A DNA stretch of 64,000 nucleotides, from positions 21,452,001-21,516,000 of the forward strand of contig NC_043014.1 of assembly GCF_006345805.1 (NCBI RefSeq), written 5' to 3'. Numbering within the stretch: position 1 is the stretch's first letter; every line of letters starts with the position of its first letter. The notes beneath the pieces were generated by a model. It was given only the letters and a program-made list of their open reading frames with translations. It had not been told where the DNA came from and made no database searches. This document shows positions 56,881-64,000 of the stretch, piece by piece. Position numbers and translations under genes: made by a program. The stretch comes from Octopus sinensis. Its lineage: Eukaryota.

Positions 56881-57640
56881 AGATAAGAAAATGGAGATAT
56901 ACATCTAAATCAAATATCAATTACCAGATAATACTCAATCACATACTTTATTAACCACCACATAAGAGACTGTAGGGTTAAACATAAAAAAGCAGAACAA
57001 ATCAGTGTACATAAAGGAATGTACATAAAAAAGTGTACATAAAAGAGTAATGTTGTATAATAAGTAGAATATATATAAAAAAGAGAATATAAATATAAGT
57101 ATAGATTACATCTTACAGCTATTTCGGCCATGTAGATAAGTATGTCTCATTTTACCAATATTAGCCTTATATGGTAGGTCAATATATAGATATAAATGAG
57201 ACATTTACAAACATATCATAAGGCCTCTTCGGAGATATACATATACATATGAGTGCATATACTCACACTCCTATACATATAAAAATATACATATACATAA
57301 TGATGTAAATAAATAATATAAATTAGTAAACATATATATGTTCCACATTCAATGTTTCAGTTTTCAACTTAATATTGTGATAATAATGTGTATGTTTATT
57401 ATTTACTTATATTTACTTATATTTATATTCTCTTTTTTATATATATTCTACTTATTATACAACATTACTCTTTTATGTACACTTTTTTATGTACATTCCT
57501 TTATGTACACTGATTTGTTCTGCTTTTTTATGTTTAACCCTACAGTCTCTTATGTGGTGGTTTAATAAAGTATGTGATTGAGTATTATCTGGTAATTGAT
57601 ATTTGATTTAGATGTATTTCTCCATTTTCTTATCTTGTAT
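56876..57640. repeat. Inverted repeat with ~225-bp near-perfect arms (56876-57101 / 57414-57640) around a spacer holding a hammerhead-like motif; probably a Penelope pLTR derivative
   Basis: The arms are reverse complements with few mismatches. Confidence 0.85.
57110..57236 (-). ncRNA. Minimal type I hammerhead-like motif with a U4C core change and a long stem II
   Basis: atct-CCGAAGA-ggcc...ggcc-GAAA-tagct-GTA-agat: stem I atct/agat, stem II ggcc/ggcc, and a near-palindromic stem III. Confidence 0.5.
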
Positions 57641-57811
57641 TAGTAATTTGTGGTAAATCATTTTACCTTTGCCCATATAATACAGTAAATGAATTGATTG
57701 CATCGCAATCCCTAACATTTATGTATTAACTTTGTTGGGTACTTCACTAGCAGTATATTGGATATATGTATCCCATGGAGGGTTGCATTTACAACCCCTA
57801 TCTCAGTTTGT

Positions 57812-57940
<129 letters not shown>

Positions 57941-58019
57941 ATATATATATATCTATATATATATATATATAAATACATACATACATATATATATATATAT
58001 TATATATATATATATATAT

Positions 58020-58870
58020 GAATAAATGAAAGAGTGGAGTCAAACGAAGATGTTAACAAAATTCCTTTACTCTCGACATACGTTTCGAAGACCACATGGT
58101 TTCATTCCAAAGGAATAAAGGGTGTATGATGCAATCTTCTCATCAGGAAAGAAAGGGAGCCTCTCTCAGCAACAAGACAAACAAAAATTTCGATCACTGC
58201 CTACATGGTAAACAAAATGACAATAAGTGATTTTTTTTAAAAACCGTTAGAAGAATTGACGTCAAAGTTAGATAATAGGAAGAGAAGGGTTAAAGGAATG
58301 ATAGGTAGGGAACCAGTGGAAAGGGAAGGGTATGTTGATTAAGAATGTTCAAAGGCTTAGGAAAGAATTTCACTATTGAAGTGGAGTGTATGTTAAGCTA
58401 ATTGTTCAAAGCACGATGCCTATCGTAATCATTTGTAAGAGTAAAAAGTATGTTTCTGCCAGTGCTTACATTTATAGGATTTCTCTATGAGTGTGTTTAC
58501 AAGGGGAACCTTAGAGAAGAGGATATGGAAGAGCTCAGAGTTGCACATGTTACAAAATCTCCTGCCCTTATCAAAAGGAAAGGATACAGACAGTATGAAC
58601 CAATCTAACTTGAAATCTATATTATTGTCTTTAAGACGCCAAACTAATTTACTTAGCCCTGTACTATGTCGTTTTTTTACTATCCCTGAATGTTGAATAG
58701 TGGTTTGAAATTCTCATGGATAACTGGGAAGAGGACGCTCCTATATAGAAGACATCGGTACCAGACGAGATTCTGCACTGGTAAATAGAATTCTCGTTCT
58801 TAGAATTACTAGACAAAAATCTAATTCTGTTGGGGTTGTCCTCCGAGATCAAAACGAAGTTTTTATTGCT
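58020..58870 (-). mobile_element. Penelope-like element 3' part: GIY-YIG endonuclease plus pLTR
   Basis: SIYQCRISSGTDVFYIGASS...RISNHYSTF, then (frameshift) GLSKLVWRLK...DWFIL...CNMCNSE. Confidence 0.8.
58070..58151 (-). ncRNA. Type I hammerhead ribozyme in the Penelope 3' pseudo-LTR (intact core)
   Basis: ctttc-CTGATGA-gaagattgcat...atgtggtcttc-GAAAC-gtat-GTC-gagag. Stem I is ctttc/gagag, stem II has 11 bp including G-U pairs, and the GUC cleavage triplet is at 58077-58075. Confidence 0.75.
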
Positions 58871-60762
58871 ATGATTGTTGTTACTATTATTATTAACACT
58901 AGCAGCTCCACTATTCGTATTATTGTTAGTATTATTAATGGTAATACAATCATTAATTTCTCCGTTTTGTTATCACTATCAACATTACCATTGTTATTAA
59001 CACGACTGATACTATTATTAATATTATCATTGTTAACAATATCGCTACTATCATTGCTATTACTATTAATACCATATTTTATTCCATAATGGCTACCTCT
59101 GAAGAGCACAGAGTTACATAATCATACTGTTACCTAAAACTCCATTGAACCCCTAGTGCGAAACTGATTGGTAAGATCGATCATAATGGATTTATAATAA
59201 TGTGCACTTCAATTAATACATTCACTCTATTGACATAAATGAGTGCATTTTTTCCTGACTTATGCACTCTTCAATGGCTTACACACACACACATATTTTG
59301 ACAGGATCCAATGTGTCCAAGAACTGCATCATGCTCCTCAGCAGACACTGAAGCACTCCTTGGACTCACTGGATCCTGTCGAATCATCCAACACAAGCCA
59401 CCAGGGAACATGGATGTTAAATCATGATGATGGTGACGATGATGATGATGATAATGAAACTCATCATCAACACTTTCTGCTTTTGCTTCTAGCTTTTTTT
59501 CATCTTCAACTATTGCACATGTCTTTTTGAGCAAGACGGTGCAGATACTTCTTTTTTCGTGTGAGTTGAGTGACATGAATTAAAGTTTAAATACTGATGT
59601 GTATATCAGTGTTTTTATAGAATAAATGAATAAACTCAAGCAAGAATCTATTAGAATTTGCTTTTCTGTGTTCTGACATTCAGTATCTTACAGCAGTGAG
59701 ACCTAAATCATGAGATATGTTTCTATAATGGCTGGTTACATCAAGACTTACAACATGAACATTTATATTTGTAGGAGTTGGAAGATGCAACAAAAAAATA
59801 AATGTGGTCACAGATGTAACTTAGTATAGAGAGACAGTGATTTCAAAATAATGTTGATGAAATTACTTAGACAATGAGTGTGATATCAATGGCTAGCTAT
59901 TATAAGTCTTAGTTTCAGATCTAGTTGAGCTTCTTTATTGATATATTCAGTCTTTTGTTCTCTCACTTCATCTTTAATTTGAGTATTTTGGGGATTTCAT
60001 TAAAGTTGCTTATTTTCTTTTAAAACTCCCATCAAATAATGGAATTTTAATCTGTTGCTGTAAATGGATGTTTCATAACAGATTCTTGCTGCCATATTAA
60101 AGATGACCTATGGTGCTCAGAATTTTAGAATAAAATATATGATTCTTTAATTGTTGTTCTGTGAGACTCTTGTAAAATTCCACACTCAGTTTTGCAATTG
60201 TTACTCCTTTATCTGCCTGCTTAATAATACTTATCCATTCTTCCAATAGCTTTCTTAAGGTCAACTATTCACATTTAGTTAAATTTTGTTTTGCAATTTT
60301 GGAAGTCAGAAAGAAATTTAAAACTGCTAGTATGGCATATTTCTTCCACTGGGGATATGAAATTTCATTTGTTCCAAACTAAGGATTCATCATCATCATC
60401 ATCCTTATTTTTGTTGGCAAAATCTTTGTCTTCTGCTAATTCAAGATGGCTGACTGAGGATGTAGGTTTGAAGTTCAGTCCAAAAATGTGATTACTGATC
60501 TCTTTTGTACTTTTGTCCCAAGTCTTGCCAACATCAAAAAGTATCTGCAAAATGATAATGCGAATGATGCATGTACATGTGTATTTCTGTGCATGTATGT
60601 GTGTGAGTGTATCCCATTCAGTATCTATGCAGCTGTGTTTATGTGACGGTGCATTTGTCATATTTATGTACCCCTATATCTGCTTCCAAGGCTGTCCACA
60701 CCCCAAACCCCTATTATCCATTATGTTCAGCATCATCGTCATCCATTTCTTGAATATTTCAG

Positions 60763-60848
60763 AAAAGAATTCTTTTATAACAAGTCTTGACATTAGCTGG
60801 AACATGCTCGGCAAGAAGGGAGCAAAATCCATAAGTAGAGGACTGCAG
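60763..60848 (+). CDS. LRRC74: LRRC74-like LRR exon: (E)KNSFITSLDISWNMLGKKGAKSISRGLQ; gene continues beyond the window
   Basis: atttcag acceptor, GTAAGT donor at 60849, 86 nt, phase 1-0, LDxSWN motif characteristic of LRRC74. Confidence 0.85.
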
Positions 60849-60894
60849 GTAAGTGGAGACATGACACTGTGAGTATATATATATATATATATAT

Positions 60895-62020
60895 CATCAT
60901 CATCGTTTAATGTTCGCTTTCCATGCTGTCATGGGTTGGACGGTTTGACTGGAGACTGGTGAGCCAGATGGCTGCACCAGGCTCCAATTTGATCTAGCAG
61001 AGTTTCTACAGCTGGATGCCCTTCCTAATGCCAACCACTCCGAGAGTGTAATAGGTGCTTTTACATGCCACTGGCACGAGGGCCAGTCAGGTGGTGGTGT
61101 TTTTACGTGTCACCTGCACAGGAGTCAGTCCAGTGGCACTGGCAATGCCCTCACTCGAATGTTGTTTTTCATGTACCACCAGCACAAGGGCCAGTAAGGT
61201 GACGCTGGTAACAATCACACTCAAATGGTGCTTTTTATGTGCCACCAGCACGGGGTGCCAGTCAGCGGCCCTGGCAACGATCATGCTCGGACTGCTATTA
61301 GCACTCCACTAGCACAGATGCCAGTCATGCGGTGCTGTCATCGAATTTGATTTCGATTTCACTTCCCTCAACAGGTCTTCACAAGCAGAGTTTTGTGTCC
61401 AATGAAGGAAAGGTACACCTAAGTGGGTTGGTTACACCACTAGCATTGGCCACGAGACATGGTCTCACTTGGCTTGCCAGGTTTTCTCAAGCACAGCATA
61501 TTTCCAAAGGTCTCGATCACTAGTCATTGCTTCAGTGAGGCCCAATGTTTGAAGGTCATGCTTCACCACCTCATCCCAGGTCTTCCTGGGTCTACCTCTT
61601 CCACAGTTTCCCTCAACCACTATGGTGTGACACTTTTTCACACAGCTATCCTCATCCATTCGCACCACATGACCATACCAGTGTAGTCGTCTCTCTTGCA
61701 CACCACATCTGATGCTTCTTAGGTCCAACTTTTCTCTCAAGGCACTTACACTCTGTCGAGTATGCACACTGACATTATACATCCAGCGGAACATACTGGC
61801 TTCATTCTTTGCAAGCTTACACATGTCCTCAGCAGTCATGGCCCATGTTTCACTGCCATGTAGCATGGCTGTTCATACACATGTGTCATACAGTCTACCT
61901 TTTACTCTGAGTGAGAGGTCCTTTGTCACCAGCAGAGGTAAGAACTCTCTGAACTTTGCCCAGGCTATTCTTATTCTAGCAGCTACACTTTCAGAGTGCC
62001 CACCCCCGCTACTGACTTGG

Positions 62021-62022
<2 letters not shown>
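60895..62022 (-). mobile_element. 5'-truncated RTE LINE copy 3 (related, more divergent subfamily) between (TA)n tracts
   Basis: ORF 61465-61866 reads MLHGSETW...RRLHWYGHV...GRGRPRKTWDEVV. It has a degenerate gtggcac-repeat 3' UTR and a (CAT)n tail. Confidence 0.9.
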
Positions 62023-62058
<36 letters not shown>

Positions 62059-62246
62059 TATATATATATTATATATATATATTTTATTTATAATATACAT
62101 ACATATACAAAGAATATAAAACATAAAAAATATATTAAAAGGAATGAAAAATAAATTAAAACCATATATATATATATATATATACATATAAATATATAAA
62201 AAGTATAAAAAGTATTATATAAAATTTCAAAATATAAATAAATATG

Positions 62247-62293
<47 letters not shown>

Positions 62294-62299
62294 CATGTT

Positions 62300-62525
62300 C
62301 ATGTTTGTTCATGTTTTCCAGTTTCAACTCTTGAGCTGTGGCCATGCTGGGGCACCGCCATTGTGGTGAAAGAGTACAGCAGGGATCACCACCCCCTGCC
62401 GGAGCCTCGTAGAGCTTTTAGGTGTTTTCGCTCAATAAACACACACAACGCCCGGTCTGAGAATCGAAACCGCGATCCTGCGACCGCGAGTCCGCTGCCC
62501 TAACCACTAGGCCATTGCACCTCCA
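62300..62525 (-). mobile_element. tRNA-derived SINE ending in the same 3' tail as the CR1 LINE at 17399
   Basis: The head is tggcctagtggttagggcagcggactcgcggtc...ggtttcgattctcagacc. The tail is ggcggtgccccagcatggccacagctcaagagttgaaactggaaaa. Confidence 0.8.
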
Positions 62526-62639
62526 TATATATATATATATATATGTTGATTTCAACTGCATTGATTTCAACACTGTTGAAGACAGGTTGAAATCAATGCA
62601 GTACTGTAAGCACTCAAGAAACAAGGTGTGACGATGCAG

Positions 62640-63520
62640 TATGTCACCCTCTTTAGGGAGGCAAATGTGGCCTTGTTACCCTCACCAGTGAATATTCCAT
62701 TGGAGAAGGGTGCCAGGCAAAGAGATACTATCTCACCTAAGCTTTTCATGGTGTGACTCAAGATGGTCATACAAGACATGAACTGGAATGGAGGCATAAG
62801 GATAAATGGAGAGCTGCTCACCCATCTAAGATTAGCTGATGATATAGTGCTGATAGCAGAGAGCATCCACCAGCTGCAGACCATACTAGACGAATTGGAT
62901 TTTAGGGCTTCAGCGGTTGGCCTGAAGATCAACTGTACAAAAACCAAGTACATACAGTCTGAGGGTGATGAAATAGAAGAGGTGAGCAGCTATGTGCTCA
63001 AGAAGTTAGTATGTGGTCAAGAAGTTACTATGAGGCAAGAGATGGATAATAAGATCTCACAAAGGGTAAGAGCAGGGTGGAGAGTATTCAATTCACTGAA
63101 GCATGTGCTGAAGGCAAACCTAAACAGGACAACTTGCACCAATCTCTTCTTGCCTGCACTGCTATTCACATGAAAAACTTGGGCCTTGACAAAGAGTGAA
63201 GACCATCATCAGTTGATGATGCAGAGAGCCATGGAAAGGGCGATGTTGGGAATCTCACTAAGAGATCACATCCAGAACAAGAAGATCAGGAATAGAACCA
63301 GAATGAAGGATGTCATCACAGAATACCACTATACAAAGCTACAATGGGCCAGTCATGTCACAAGGTTCACAGATAACTGGTAGACCTGTGCAGTTGTCGA
63401 GTGGTACCTATGCAAATGGAAGAGATCACTCAGACCTCCAGTCAAGTGGAAAGATGATTTAAGAAAGATGCTTGGAACAACATGGAGGAAAATGGCAAAA
63501 TCACAAGCAAAATGAAGCAA
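62640..63520 (+). mobile_element. RTE-clade (RTE-1 type) LINE RT fragment, a different family from copies 1-3
   Basis: KGARQRDTISPKLF, LTHLRLADDIVLIAE, GLKINCTKTK, QRAMERAMLGISL. Confidence 0.85.
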
Positions 63521-64000
63521 ATACTGTGGCCAACAGAGCCAACTCAGATCCAGGTGATGTATACATATGTACACATTGTTGGATGGTTGTTGGTTATGCA
63601 GGAATTCCTGTACCCTTTCACAGGTTTTATTTCTCATCCTGCAGGGTGTCCAGCTATCACCTTCCTCACCAACTTGGTGGGGTTGCCAGTTTAGTCGCTG
63701 ACAACCTAACCATGCAACAGATTGTACTGGGTTACATGTTACCAGTGGTACTCAAAAGTGACCTGGCATATATATATATACAGTATAACAACATATAAGA
63801 AAGGTGTCAACATCTAATTGTGAGAGTATGTGGCAAGTATGGTAGACCTGAGATTTGAGATTATGGTTGTTCAGTTTCTGAGTTTACCATCTCATTAACT
63901 TCATGCTGCAAGATGATGTAAGTTTAGACAGACAGTGTAAAAGATTATGATCTCTATGCTGTTTCATGTAATATAATCTCAATGCTGTTCCATTCTCTAT

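Overview
AT-rich, intron-dominated animal genomic DNA, inferred to be coleoid cephalopod (Octopus-like) from the tRNA-derived SINEs, RTE/CR1 LINEs and dense (TA)n/(CA)n tracts. The only host gene I can reconstruct is a + strand leucine-rich-repeat gene of the LRRC74A/B type. It has eight phase-consistent GT-AG exons between 30157 and 60848; its start and end were not found. The rest is mostly decayed transposable elements: four tandem Tx1/L1 remnants, a hAT transposase element, three mariners, a Tc1, a maT-like element, two CR1 LINEs, four RTE LINEs, Penelope-like fragments, an internally deleted Gypsy element, a Helitron Rep fossil, MITEs and many SINEs. Four structures merit follow-up. (1) A head-to-head pair of Gypsy-type LTRs at 38760-41275 encloses four reverse-transcribed copies of the mature tRNA-Trp 3' end, including CCA. 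(2) Hammerhead-ribozyme motifs lie antisense in the introns, one with an intact core at 58070-58151. (3) Two near-identical inverted RTE copies bracket a host exon and share two premature stops. (4) A SINE and a CR1 LINE share the same 3' tail. All calls come from reading the sequence by eye; no database searches were run.
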